This document shows positions 10,655 through 23,225 of a stretch of DNA of 64,000 nucleotides, piece after piece. This DNA comes from Pristiophorus japonicus (Eukaryota). The notes below the pieces were generated by a model. That model had not been told where the DNA came from and did not search any database. It saw only the letters and a list, made by a program, of their open reading frames with translations. Position 1 is the stretch's first letter. Every line of letters begins with the position of its first letter. The position numbers and the translations under genes are program-made. Where the stretch lies: positions 9,300,001 through 9,364,000 of the forward strand of contig NC_091995.1 of NCBI RefSeq assembly GCF_044704955.1, given 5' to 3'.

Positions 10655-13600
10655 TGTTATATATGTAAACCTGTAAATACCTTGTTTAACCACCAGAGTG
10701 AGGTCTCCTTATGTACAGGTGTCCACAAGGGATCCCACAATCCCTTGGGAGCACCTGTACATAAGGGGTCCTCACAGGCTAGAGAAGCACTCTGGAGACC
10801 TGTAATAAAGGACTATGGTCACACGTTATTTTGAGCTTACATTATCTGATCAGATTCTTTATTCAAGACATAGCAACTGGCAACAAGATACAGATGACGA
10901 ACCCCACCACAACAATGCAGAGAACCGCGGGCATCCTGGAGAAATTTTCGGAGGAAGATGATTGGGAAGCCTTCGTGGAGCGACTCGACCAATACTTCGT
11001 GGCCAACGAGCTGGAAGGAGAAGCAAACGCTGCCAAACGAAGGGCGATCCTCCTCACTGTTTGTGGAGCACTAACATATGGCCTCATGAAAAATCTGCTC
11101 GCTCCAGTGAAACCCACAGAGAAGTCGTACAATGATTTCTGCACACTGATCCGGGAGCATCTAAACCCGAAGGAAAGCTTTCTGATGGCGAGGTACCGGT
11201 TCTACACGTACAAGAGGTCTGAAGGCCAGGAAGTGGTGAACTACATCGTCGAGCTAAGGCGCCTTGCAGGACATTGCAAATTTGAAGGACACTTGAAGCA
11301 CATGCTCAGTGACTTCTTTGTACTTGGCATTGGCCATGAAGTAATAATTCGCAAACTTTTGACTGTAGAGACCACGACCTTGAGTAAAGCCATAGCGATA
11401 GCCCAGGCGTTCATCGCCACCAGTGACAATACCAAACAAATTTCTCAACACACGAGTGCTGCTGCAAGTACTGTGAACAAAGTAATGTTGTTTTCGCATC
11501 GTAACGTACAGGGCAGGACTCATATGCCTGCAGCTGCATGTCTGCAGATGTCTCAGAGTCCACCATCAAGGGTGGTGAATGCAAGGCCATGAACACCTTG
11601 TTGGCGCTGTGGAGGTGATCATCGTTTCCATTCGTGCTGCTTTGAAGGATACGTTTGCAAGGGCTGTGGAACAATGGGACACCTCCAACGTATGTGCAGG
11701 CGAGCTGCAAACCCTGCTAATCCTGCAAACCACCATGTTGCAGAGGAGGACAGGTCCACGGTGGATCATGATGAACCAGAGCCTCAGACTGAGGAGGCAA
11801 AGGTATATGGGGTGCACACATTTACCACAAAGTATCCCCCGATAATGCAGAATGTTGAATTAAATGGACTCCCGGTGTCAATGGAGCTGGACACGGGCAC
11901 GAGCCAGTCCATAATGAGCAAAAAGACTTTCAATAAATTGTGGTGCAGCAAGGCCTCAAGGCCAGTCCTGACTTCCATTCGTACACAAAGGAACTGATTC
12001 CCATAATCGGCAGTGCTACCGTAAAGGTCTCCGACGATGGAGTGGTGCACAATTTACCACTCTGGGTGGTACCAGGCGATGGCCCCACGCTGTTCGGCAG
12101 GAGCTGACTGGGAAAGATACGCTAGAACTGGGACGACGTCCAAGCACTTTTGTCCATCGACGACACTTCATGTGCCCAGGTCCTAAACAAGTTGCCCTCG
12201 CTGTTCGAACCGGACATCGGGGAGTTCCAAGGAGCAAAAGTGCAGCTCCACTTAATTCCGGGGGCACGACCCATCCATCACAAGGCGAGAGCGGTACCGT
12301 ACATGATGAGAGAGAGGGTGGAGATCGAGCTGAACCGGCTGCAACGAGGGCATCATTTCGCCGATCAAATTCAACGAGTGGGCCAGTCCGATTGTTCCAG
12401 TTCTCAAGGAAGACGGTACCATCAGAATCTGTGGTGATTACTTCGAAACATAGAAAATAGGTGCAGGAGTAGGCCATTCGGCCCTTCGAGCCTGCACCGC
12501 CATTCAATGAGTTCATGGCTGAACATGCAACTTCAGTACCCCATTCCTGCTTTCTCACCATACCCCTTGATTCCCCTAGTAGTAACGACTTCATCTAACT
12601 CCTTTTTGAATATATTTAGTGAATTGGCCTCAACAACTTTCTGTGGTAGAGAATTCCACAGGTTCACCACTCTCTGGGTGAAGAAATTCCTCCTCATCTC
12701 AGTCCTAAATGGCTTCCCCCTTATCCTTAGACTGTGTCCCCTGGTTCTGGACTTCCCCAACATTGCGAACATTCTTCCTACATCTAACCTATCTAACCCC
12801 GTCAGAATTTTAAACGTTTCTATGAGGTCCCCTCTCATTCTTCTGAACTCCAGTGAATACAAGCCCAGTTGATCCAGTCTTTCTTGATAGGTCAGTCCCG
12901 CCATCCCGGGAATCAGTCTGGTGAACCTTCGCTGCACTCCCTCAATAGCAAGAATGTCCTTCCTCAGGTTAGGAGACCAAAACTGTACACAATACTCCAG
13001 GTGTGGCCTCACCAAGGCCCTGTACAATTGTAGCAACACCTCCCTGCCCCTGTACTCAAATCCCCTCGCTATGAAGGCCAACATGCCATTTGCTTTCTTA
13101 ACCGCCTGCTGAACCTGCATGCCAACCTTCAATGACTGATGTACCATGACACCCAGGTCTCTTTGCACCTCCCCTTTTCCTAATCTGTCACCATTCAGAT
13201 AATAGTCTGTCTCTCTGTTTTTACCACCAAAGTGGATAACCTCACATTTATCCACATTATACTTCATCTGCCATGCATTTGCCCACTCACCTAACCTATC
13301 CAAGTCGCTCTGCAGCCTCATAGCATCCTCCTCGCAGCTCACACTGCCACCCAACTTAGTGTCATCCGCAAATTTGGAGATACTACATTTAATCCCCTCG
13401 TCTAAATCATTAATGTACAGTGTAAACAGCTGGGGCCCCAGCACAGAACCTTGCGGTACCCCACTAGTCACTGCCTGCCATTCGGAAAAGTCCCCATTTA
13501 CTCCTACTCTTTGCTTCCTGTCTGACAACCAGTTCTCAATCCATGTCAGCACACTACCCCCAATCCCATGTGCATTAACTTTGCACATTAATTTCTTGTG

Positions 13601-16501
13601 TGGGACCTTGTCGAAAGCCTTCTGAAAGTCCAAATATACCACATCAACTGGTTCTCCCTTGTCCACTCTACTGGAAACATCCTCAAAAAATTCCAGAAGA
13701 TTTGTCAAGCATGATTTCCTTTTCACAAATCCATGCTGACTTGGACCTATCATATTACAAAGTAACTATCAATCGTTTCTTCCTGCAAGATCAATACCCG
13801 CAGACGACCTATTTGCGATGCTGGCGGGAGGAAAAACTTTCACGAAGCTGGACTTGACCTCAGCCTACATGACGCAGGAGCTGGAGGAATCATCGAAGGG
13901 CCTCACCTGCATCAACATGCACAAAAGTCTCTTCATTTACAACAGATGCCGATTTGGGATTCGATCAGCTGCGGGGATATTCCAGAGGAACATGGAAAGC
14001 TTGCTGAAGTTGGTCCCACCATGGTCTTCCAGGATGACATCTTGGTTACAGTTCGGGGCACCGTCAAGCACCTGCAGAACCTGGAGGAGGTTCTTAGTCG
14101 GCTTAATCGTGTGGGGCTCAGGTTAAAATGCTCAAATGCATTTTCCTGGCGCCTGAAGTGGAGTTCCTGGGGAGAAGATTCGCGGCGGACGGCATCAGGC
14201 CCACCGATTCAACGACGGAGGCAATCAAGAACGCACCGAGACTGCAGGACGTGACGAAGTTGCGGTCGTTTCTAGGACTCCTGAACTACTTTGGTAACTT
14301 CTTACCGGGTCTTAGCAAACTGTTAGAATCACTGCACTCTTTATTGCATAAAGGAGATGAATGGGTATGGGGGAAAAGCCAAGAAAATGCCTTTGAGAAA
14401 GCTAGGAAACCGTTATGCTCAAACAAATTGCTTGTGTTGTACGATCCATGTAAGAGTTTGGTACGAGCATGTGATGCGTTGTCATATGGTGTATTGCAAC
14501 AAGCTAATGAATCTGGGAAATTGCAACTGGTTGCTTATGCATCCAGAAGTCTGTCTAAGGCTGAGAGGGCCTACAGCATGATCGAAAAAGAAGCGTTAGC
14601 ATGTGTTGATGGGGTAAAGAAAATGCATCAATATCTGTTTGGGCTCAAATTTGAATTGGAAACCGACCATAAGCCACTTATATCCCTCGTTTCTGAAAGT
14701 AAGGGGATAAATACGAATGCATCGGCCCACATCCAGAGATGGGCGCTCACGTTGTCCGCATACAACTACGCGATCCGCCACAGGCCAGGCTCTCAGTAGG
14801 CTGCCATTGCCCATCACAGGGGTGGAAATGGCACAGCCTGCAGATTTAGTTATGGTCATGGAAGCATTGGAGAGTGAGCAATCACCTGTTACCGCCCAAC
14901 AGATTAGAACCTGGACGAGCCAGGACCCCTTACTGTTCTTTGTAAAAAACTGTGTGCTCCACGGGAGTTGGTCTAGTGTCCCGTTAGAGATGCAGGAAGA
15001 AATAAAGCCGTACCAGCGGCGCAGAGATGAAATGTCCAGACAGGCAGACTGCCTCCTATGGGGTAATTGGGTAGTAGTGCCAAAAAAGGGCAGGGATACT
15101 TTCATTAGTGACCTCCACAGTACCCACCCAGGCATTGTAATGATGAAAGCGATAGCCAGATCCCACGTGTGGTGGCCCAGTATCGAGGCAGCCTTACAGT
15201 CCTGTGTGCACAAATGTAACATGTTCACAGTTAAGCAATGCACCCAAGGAGGCACCACTAAGTTTATGGTCCTGGCCCTCCAAAGCGTGGTCCAGGATCC
15301 ATGTCGACTATGCAGGCCCATTCTTGGGAAAAATGTTCCTTGTGGTTGTAGATACGTACTCCAAATGGATTGAATGTGAGATAATGTCGGCAAACACGTC
15401 CACTGCCACCATTGAAAGCCTGCGGGCCATGTTTGCCGCGCACGGCCTGCCTGATGTCCTTGTGAGTGACAATGGACTGTGCGTTACCAGTGCCGAGTTC
15501 AAAGAGTTCATGACCCGGAATGGGATCAAACATGTCACATCTACCCCGTTTAAACCAGCATCCAATGGTCATGCAGAGCGAGCAGTGCAAACAATCAAGC
15601 AGAGCTTGAAGAGGGTAACTGAAGGCTCACTGCAGACTCGCCTATCCCGAGTCCTGCTTAGTTACCGCACAAGACCCCACTTGCTCACTGGGGTTCTTTC
15701 CACTGAACTGCTCCTGAAAAGGGCACTTAAGACAAGGCTCTCGTTAGTCCACCCTGATCTACACGAACAGGTAGCGAGCAGGCGGCTTCAACAGAATACA
15801 TATCATGATCGTGCAAATGTGTCATGCGAAATCGAGATTAATGATCCTGTATTTGTGATGAATTATGGACAAGGTACCAAGTGGCTTCCCGGCACTGTCG
15901 TGGCCAAAGAGTGGAGTAGGGTGTTTCTGGTCAAACTTTCAAATGGACTCACCTGCAGAAAACACTTGGACCAAATCAAACTCAGATTCACGGACAATAC
16001 AGTACAACCCACAATAGACTCTACCTTTTTCAACCCCCCCAACACACACACAAGTGGCAACCGACCCAGCGGTTGACCACAAAGCAGAACCTATCACCTG
16101 CCCAGCACGACTCACCACCCCTAGCAGCCCAGCAAGGCCAGCTGCACAGCAGCCCAGCGAAGGCCCAACAAACGACTCACCAAAACCAGCATTTGCACTG
16201 AGACGATCAACCAGGGAAAGGAAGGCCCCAGATCGACTCACATTGTAGTTACACTATTGACATTGGTGGCGGGGGGAGGGGGGAGTGTTGTTATATATGT
16301 AAACCTGTAAATATCTTGTTTAACCACCAGAGGGCTCATCCCCTGGTGTCCCAAAGGATCCCACAATCCCTTGGGAGCACCTGTACATAAGGAGGCCTCA
16401 TAGGCTGGAGAGGCACTCTGGAGACCTATAATAAAGAACTACGGTCACACATTATTTTGAACTTACAGTCTCTGGTCAGATTCTTTATTCAAGACATAAC
16501 A
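10655..16501 (+). mobile_element. Full-length decayed Gypsy/Ty3 (Mag-like) LTR retrotransposon, interrupted by CR1
   Basis: LTRs 10655-10875 and 16289-16501 (TGTTA..TA(G/A)CA); TSD CTATC (10650-54 and 16502-06); PBS-like TGGCAACAAG at 10878; G-rich PPT ~16270-85; gag (WEAFVERLDQYFVAN, two CCHC boxes), protease LDTG, RT FQDD, RNase H and integrase fragments broken by stops and frameshifts. Confidence 0.95.
12442..13753 (-). mobile_element. Young 5'-truncated CR1 LINE inserted in Gypsy pol
   Basis: Uninterrupted 406-aa RT C-terminal ORF (YLDFQKAFD, FADD); TTTCTATG-type tail; ATTAC duplicated at 12437-41 and 13754-58. Confidence 0.95.
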
Positions 16502-17435
16502 CTATCCATCGCAGAGAAAGACGCACCCCAACGTTGCAAAGTAAGGCAGGGCGGCTACACACAGTCGGTAGTCCGGGGCCCCCATACTACGGCCCAAGGT
16601 CCACGGGGACCACTAGGCCTCCCGCCTACCAAAAGTATCAAGGCCATTGCGGCCATCCTGGGCTTGCTAAACCTCAGGATCAGCGACAATAGCCCGGAGC
16701 TGGCAGCCCAAATCACTAAACCTAGCACCACACGTGTCACGGTAGACTCCCTACAGACCCGGCTATCCTGGGTGTTACGCAGTCACCAGACAGAATCACT
16801 CAGAACCGACCCTTCCGCATGCCATCAGCAGAGAATGCACCATGATCACACGGCACCTCCAAGCGACATCAGAATAAGTGATGTAGACCATATTCAGGGC
16901 CCCAGTTAGGCTGCTAGCACTGCATCAGCCAAGGCGGGGGGAATGCAATGTATGTGATGAAAACAGAGCGTTTGATTGTGAAACCATATACCGGACTAAA
17001 GCATTTGGACGAGACCAAATTGCGAACTACAGATAACCAGGAACCACTGTGAAAGGACCTGGCCCCCAGCAACCCACTAACACTATCAACCTCGCCATCA
17101 ACCACAAGGATGAACCCACCCTGTCAGGACTTGAACCCAGGCGATCGACCCGGGGATGCGGGGTACCATTTTGCCTCAACTTGCAAATAACTGCACATAA
17201 GACTTTGGGGGAAGAGTGATGTTATGTATATATGTAAACCTTACCAAAATGTAAGACTTGCCACTAAGGGGCACCCCTGTGGGAGACCTAAGGGTCACCT
17301 GAGCACCCTGGGGCAAGCAGGTATAAAAGGTGATTCACCATGCTGCTTTCTCACTCTGGAGTCTGAATAAAGAGACCAAGGTCACAACAGTTTGAGCTTG
17401 CGATATAGTCCTGCTGATTTATTCTGAACATAACA

Positions 17436-18084
17436 GGTCATAAGCAGGACGGAAGTGGGGGCTGGCGCCGTGTCCGCCGCTGTCAGTCATTAGCGTAGCG
17501 CTACAGATGTCATCACACTGGCACGTAACCATGTTTCTCCCCTTCACTTAAAAGGAAGGGCCGCTGCGAGCTCTGCGATTATTTTAGTTAGGTCCACTGG
17601 GCCACCAGGGTTTCGGTTGGGCCAGCGGACTGGCATCTAAGAAGGGATGCCAGGCTGCCTGATGATGGCCCGGCCGAACCCGGGGGTATAATTGCCGGGC
17701 TGGCCTTGGAGTCGGCCAACAAAAAAAATTAAATGGCGGCTGCAGCATTATGCCCTTCCCTTTAATGGCGGCCATACCGGCATTTTGCACACGCTGCAAA
17801 CACAGTGCACCAACAGAAAAAACTGGGGGCACCGCGCGGCAGCCACGGGATTTTTTAAAATGAATTTTCCTTGCGGAGCAAGAGATTGGCGGTGCGCGCT
17901 TTGATGAAGCACTTAGGAGGGTTCGGCAGCAGCAGGGCGAATGTGGGGATTGCTGGAAAAACCACTGAGGAGAATTTCGCGAGCGGCGGTCATTCGACAG
18001 AAAATCGGCGGCTATTCGACACCACCGCGTGGCTGCCGCTTTCCAGCGGTAACAGGTTTTATCTGGAGGCTGAATTTCGGCCCC
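17436..18084. mobile_element. Partial GC-rich Harbinger-like MITE
   Basis: Ends AATTTCGGCCCC (reverse complement of the 19786 terminus); shares CCCCTTCACTTAAA, CCACTGGGYCACCAGGG and AAATGGCGGC blocks with 19786-20485. Confidence 0.55.
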
Positions 18085-18339
18085 ATTGTCTCTGGCGCAC
18101 TTCCGATACAGATTGGGTGGGACAGAGCACAGCACAAAATTTACCAGGACAAAACAGGCCAAGCCAATAAGTTGAATTTGTCCCCCTAAGGTCTCGTTTT
18201 ATGGTCAAGCCTGTGGGAATCTTTATTTGAATAATGGAGATGCTGTGTGGTAATAGCAGAGCTATAGTTGGTGTAATTACAGGTATTAATATAAGAACAT
18301 GAGAAACTCCCATTCTGCTCATTAAGCCTGCTCTATCAA

Positions 18340-18443
18340 GGGCCTCAGTCTAACTATTGTCCTATAACTACCAAGGACCTCAGTATAACTATTGTCCTAG
18401 TTATACTGGGCCTCAGTATAACAATAGTTATACTGAGGCCCAG
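18340..18443. repeat. Local direct and inverted repeat patchwork
   Basis: Three copies of GGGCCTCAGTATAACTA, plus perfect 11-bp and 17-bp inverted repeats. Confidence 0.85.
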
Positions 18444-19129
18444 CTTCGCGAACCTTATGACTGCTGGCCCTCAGCCTTGGCATGGGGTGGCGGGCGGGGA
18501 GGTTCTTGACAAATTACATCCTGGGGCAGAGCAGTGCAAGGTCGCTTTCCAAAACAGGATGCAATTATAAACAGTTTCCGTAACGCATTCCAAAGCAGCT
18601 GTACATTTACGAACCACCCAAATAATTGGCATCCACTTATGTTTATTCACAGTAATTGGCATACCAAGAGCCCCACAGATCAACACCTTGCACATTACCA
18701 AATACAATATTCTCCATATGCACACCAAAATGACTGCGACGGCATCCACACTACGTGGAAATCGATTTCACATTGGCATCGTTATGCGACGAAAGAACTG
18801 TTAAAAGAACATCTCGCGTGTAAAGCATTGCTGTAATATTGTAAGTTTCACAAAGTAACACTGTAACTGCAAAACCATTAATGTGCCATTACTTACAAGA
18901 AACGCAGTGATAGGGAGCTTATTATTTTCACTGGTCCAGCAAAACTAATCTAGTTCTTTAAAAAAAAAAGTTCTTCCGGCCACAAGGTGTTAAGCCACAC
19001 TGCAAAATTCAAGAGCTATAACTGTAGCAGTTAATTGTGTGAGGGAAATAGTAATAGCTGCTATGATGTCAGTGTCAAAAATGAATGTTTATTGGTGGAA
19101 AGCAATAGAAGACTATACCATTAAAAACT

Positions 19130-19550
19130 AGGAACAGGAGCGGGCCATTTGGCTCTTCAAGCCTGCTCCGCCATTCAATGAGATCATGGCTGATCTTCTA
19201 TCTCAACTCCACCTTCCTGCATTATCCCTATATCCCTTGGTTCCCAAAAATCTATCGATGTCTGTCTTGAATATGCTCAACGACTGAGCATCCACAGCCT
19301 CTGGATTCCAAAGATTCACAACCCTTTGAGTGAAGAAATTTCTCCTCGTCTCAGTCCTAAATGGTCGACCACTTATTCTGAGACTGTGACGCTGGTTCTA
19401 GACTCCCCAACCAGGGGAAACATCCTCCCTGCATCTACCTTGTCAAGTCCCTTAAGATTTTATACGTTTCAATGAGATCACCTTTCATTCTTCTCAACTG
19501 TAGGCAATATAGGCCTTGTCAACTCAATCTCTCCTCATAGGACAATCCAT
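19130..19550 (-). mobile_element. CR1 3' fragment
   Basis: Similar to the other CR1 3' ends in the window. Confidence 0.8.
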
Positions 19551-19785
19551 CATATAGGAAAAAAACATGACCCTTGCATGTTTAAGGATATAATGCACCC
19601 TTGGAATTTAAATGAAATTTAGTATGTTCTTATAGTTCATGGTATCATCAACTTTGTTACAACTTTGAATTCAATGCCAATCATTTGCTGTTCTCTGTGT
19701 TAGTAATGAAACTGCTGATTAAATATGTAATAATCAAGTTTTTAGTATCGATTTATCATACCATCTTCTTCCTTTAAAACATGTT

Positions 19786-20485
19786 GGGGCCGAAATTATC
19801 CTCAGCGGGAAATTGGGGAAGGCAATTTGAATAATCTGAAAATTTTCTGCCCAGAGGGAGTCAGGGGAAGTGCCGGAAAATTTGTCTCTTTAACTCTGAC
19901 ACCGCCTCCCAGTGCTTTGCAGCACTGTTTGAGACGATGTAGGGGAAGAATTGAGCATGGAGTGGGACGGTGTCCATCACCGCCGAATGAGTTGACGCGT
20001 CGCAATGTCCCTCCCCTTCACTTAAAGGCGAGGGATGCTGCGCGGCCTACGTCGAGCCCACTGGGTCACCAGGGAGGGTTTCAGCTGGGCCAGTGGCCCG
20101 GCCGAACCAGCGGCCACCATTGTCGATTCAGGAGTCAACCGACAATTAAAACAAAATGGCGGCCACAGCGCTGCGCCCTCCCCTTTAAGGGCAGCTGCAC
20201 CGTCCAGCCACCGGCAGCTTCCTGACTCTTGAAGCTGTCAGTGGCACTGACTGGCGCCGTCCGTGCTCCTGCGGGGCAATTTCCCCTGCAGGGCAAAAAA
20301 GGGGTTGCCGGCAGTCGGTAAGGGGTCGGCGCGCGGCCGACAATGGGTCCACATGCCAGGCGGGGCGGAAATATGGGGCACGGCAGAAACCCGGGGGGGC
20401 AATTCCAGATGGGTTGGCCACGCCTCCTGCCCCCGGGCGGCAAAGCCTTACCGCCCCATTCCCGCCTCTTAGCGAAATTCCCCCC
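19786..20485. mobile_element. GC-rich non-autonomous DNA transposon (PIF/Harbinger-like MITE)
   Basis: Termini GGGGCCGAAATT..AATTCCCCCC; internal blocks shared with 17436-18084; no ORF with a recognisable domain. Confidence 0.55.
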
Positions 20486-20507
20486 GCCCCGTTGTATACA
20501 AAAGCAT

Positions 20508-20513
20508 TTTATT
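20508..20513 (-). terminator. Candidate ATP6V1G2 polyadenylation signal (AATAAA)
   Basis: TTTATT on the + strand ~1.1 kb after the stop, just before a MITE boundary; alternative at 19088-19093. Confidence 0.3.
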
Positions 20514-21650
20514 TTCTTCCATTTTATGAAAATGTAATATTTGTTCTTACATAAAGTACATGCCAATTATGTTGCTTTAATATTGATGTTGACTGTTTTC
20601 ATTGTAGACATCCTGGGTAGCCAGCTCAAACTAAATATGATAGAGGCCCAAGCTGGTGGAAAAAAGAGTATCTTGTAAGTACATATTTTATGAAATATGA
20701 ATGTCAGGAATGAATTCTAGACAAATGTGGGGATTCCTTGTTATTTGTGGCTTGAGGCAGAAATGAATTACTCTGATCACCTGCGCTTACATTGTTATTT
20801 ATGGAGTTTAACGTGCACTAGTATCCATGGTTTAAATCCTGAAATACCTTTCATGTTAAGTAGTTATTAGAACCAGTTTATATGGCGGGTATACCATAGC
20901 TGACTGGAACGCCAGCATACTGCACCAGAGAATGGTACTAGATGGTTTGGCATCTGCAATACTTCACATGCTAAGTTACTAACTTCAGCTATGCCACCGG
21001 GGAGAAGGGAAAATCAGAAGGGAGGGTAACTTAGGGCCATCCATCAAGGAGGAAAGTTGCAATGAAAACCAGGAAAAAGGGAAGAGGGGAACTGGGACAG
21101 GGAAGAATGGATCCTGCAGGAAATGGGGGAATGAGAGAGAAGAGTTACGGCCTGAAATACAGGTGAGGGAATGGAGAGTGGCTCTCCGAGAAGAGGGTGA
21201 TTAATAAACAATTTAAGAATAATGTAACAATGTTATTTAGCACTGGAGAATCCATATCTGCAATTTCTCTGCAAGAAATGAGGAAAAATTCCTGCAATTT
21301 AGCAACAATCTTTCATAATTCTCTAGAGTCCTTGGACATAAGGAACTGAATGAACTTCTAGTTTTGGAATGTTGGATCTAACAGCGATGACAAGTGCTTT
21401 TTATATCAATGCTCTCTACATGTAGCATATTTTACACAACTTCACGTATTCTGAACTGTTACCATGGAATAACTGGGAGGGACACAATAATTTATAACAT
21501 ACAATGGGTATAGGACTAACAGGTGAAGTACTGCTCTAGTCGATTACGACTTAGTCCAAAAGGAGTTTGATTTCTTTGACGAGCGGGTAGCCCATTGTCG
21601 GTGAGGCCCCAGTGATGGTGCAGGAGTGGACCATCCAATTTGATGCTTGC

Positions 21651-21824
21651 CTACATGTTCACGCGATAATTCTGGTGAATTTCAGGCTTGATATCGCACA
21701 CGAGTGTCAGCAGTTGGCGAAGGACCTTCTCCTTGTTGCGGTGGTGATTGGCTTGCATCGCCTGGATCTTCTGACGTGTCTGTTGCTCGACCTCTGCTGC
21801 CAGATTACCCTGGGACCCCATAAC
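21651..21824 (-). CDS. ATP6V1G2: V-type proton ATPase subunit G2, coding exon 3 (174 nt)
   Basis: Pyrimidine-rich acceptor ..TTGAAG; VMGSQGNLAAEVEQQTRQKIQAMQ..VCDIKPEIHQNYRVNM-TAG; MGSQGNLxAEVEQxTR resembles G2 more than G1; total 357 nt = 118 aa. Confidence 0.93.
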   Translation of the reverse strand, partial: VMGSQGNLAAEVEQQTRQKIQAMQANHHRNKEKVLRQLLTLVCDIKPEIHQNYRVNM

Positions 21825-22184
21825 CTTCAACAAAAAGAGAAAGAGCAAACAAATGATTAGGAGCAGACCAGGGGTGGTATTTGTAAGAGGAAGTGGAAGG
21901 CTAAATTATCCAAAGTTAATTTTTGCTGCTGTTTTTCTTGGTGCTTTTCAAGCGCTCAAACTTAAAACTTGCCTTGTAACAAAAAAGATTATTGTTGATT
22001 TCCTTGCCCCCCCTGCCCCTCCACCTCCTCGCTAGAAAATACTGACTTATTACCTTGTACGCTTCCCAGGGTACTGGTTGCCCTCAGATACCTTGTTCGA
22101 GCGGCCATTATTCATGTATGAATCTTGAGACGGAGTATGGCAAGCTATTTGACTACAGAGGCATCACAATCAAACTCGACTCTC

Positions 22185-22282
22185 TCAGGTCAATCAGCAT
22201 ATGTGGAAAGAAGAGACAAGTTAACATTTCGAGTGTAATCTTTTGCCAAAGTAAAGAGTTACACCTGGAATATTAACTTGTC
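22185..22282. mobile_element. Degenerate Penelope-like fold-back fragment
   Basis: TGTGGA..AGACAAGTTAA..GTGTAA / TTACAC..TTAACTTGTCT..TCCACA inverted arms. Confidence 0.6.
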
Positions 22283-23225
22283 TGTTCTCTCCACAGATGC
22301 ACTGATTAAACTAAATAGTGTGGTGGAGGGTTCAGATGAGCGGAAATTTAAAAAGTCAAAGAAAAAGGAGAAGGCAATAGAGCAGGGTAGCAATGGGGGA
22401 AATGATAGCCAGGGTGTATCAGAAAGTGGGGTCAAAGCAGGGAAAAATAGTACAAAGACAAGCATACAGCATTCGTAACAAGATAGATGAGTTGACAGCA
22501 CAAATAGATATAAATAGTTATGATCTGATAGCCATTACAGAGAAGTGGTTGCAAGGTGACCAAGGTTGGGAACTGAATATTCAGAAGTATTTTACAATTC
22601 AGAAGGATAGACAGAAAGGAAAAGGAGGTGTGGTAGCTCGGTTAATAAAGGATGAGATCAGTGCAGTAGTGAAAAATAATATTGCCTCAGAGGATTAAGA
22701 TGCAGAATCAATCTGGGTGGAGATAAGAAATAATCATTGGTGGGCATAATCTATAGTCCCCTAACAGTAGCTACACTTTTGGACAGAGTATAAATCAAGA
22801 AATAATGGAGGCCTGTAAGAAAGTTACGGCAATAATCACAGGTGATTGTAATCTTTATCGTGATTGGTCAAATCAAATTGACCAAGGTAGCTTTGAGGAA
22901 GAGTTCATAGAATGTATCTGGGATGGTTTCGTAGAACAGTACATTGTGGATCCAACCAGGAAACAGGCTATCTTAAGTCTGGTCCTGTGTAATGAGACAG
23001 GACTAATAAATAATCTCATAGTAAAGGAACCTCTAGGAAAGAGTGATCATAGCATGGTTGAATTTCAAATTCAGTTGGAGGGTGAGAAAGTTGGGTCTCA
23101 AACCAGTGTCCTGATCTTAAATAAAGGAGATTACAAAGGTATGAAGGCAGAGTTGGCTAAAGGACTAGGAAAATAGATTAAAGTCTAAGATGGTTGATAA
23201 GCCATGGCAGACATTTACGGAGATA

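Larger units (their letters stand above)
9414..17435 (+). mobile_element. Older 5'-truncated, internally rearranged Gypsy derivative (host of the 10655-16501 element), 3' LTR 17220-17435
   Basis: Degenerate pol fragments (KYLGRKITAVGI, EKARNPLCSNK, YGVGGTLQQAKVAG, ALSRLPLPTT, SLQTRLSWVLRS) on both sides of the nested element; PPT GGGGGAAGAGTGA followed by a TGTTATG..TAACA LTR containing TATAAAA and AATAAA. Confidence 0.8.

Noticed and set aside
10831-16076. 253-aa gag and 290-aa integrase ORFs as domesticated genes
   Set aside because: They lie within an LTR-bounded element with stops, frameshifts and a CR1 insertion, consistent with neutral decay.
18445-18840. Overlapping 92-aa and 100-aa ORFs in CpG-containing unique-looking sequence
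   Set aside because: No recognisable protein motif. Possibly an unclassified TE fragment, but I cannot support a call.
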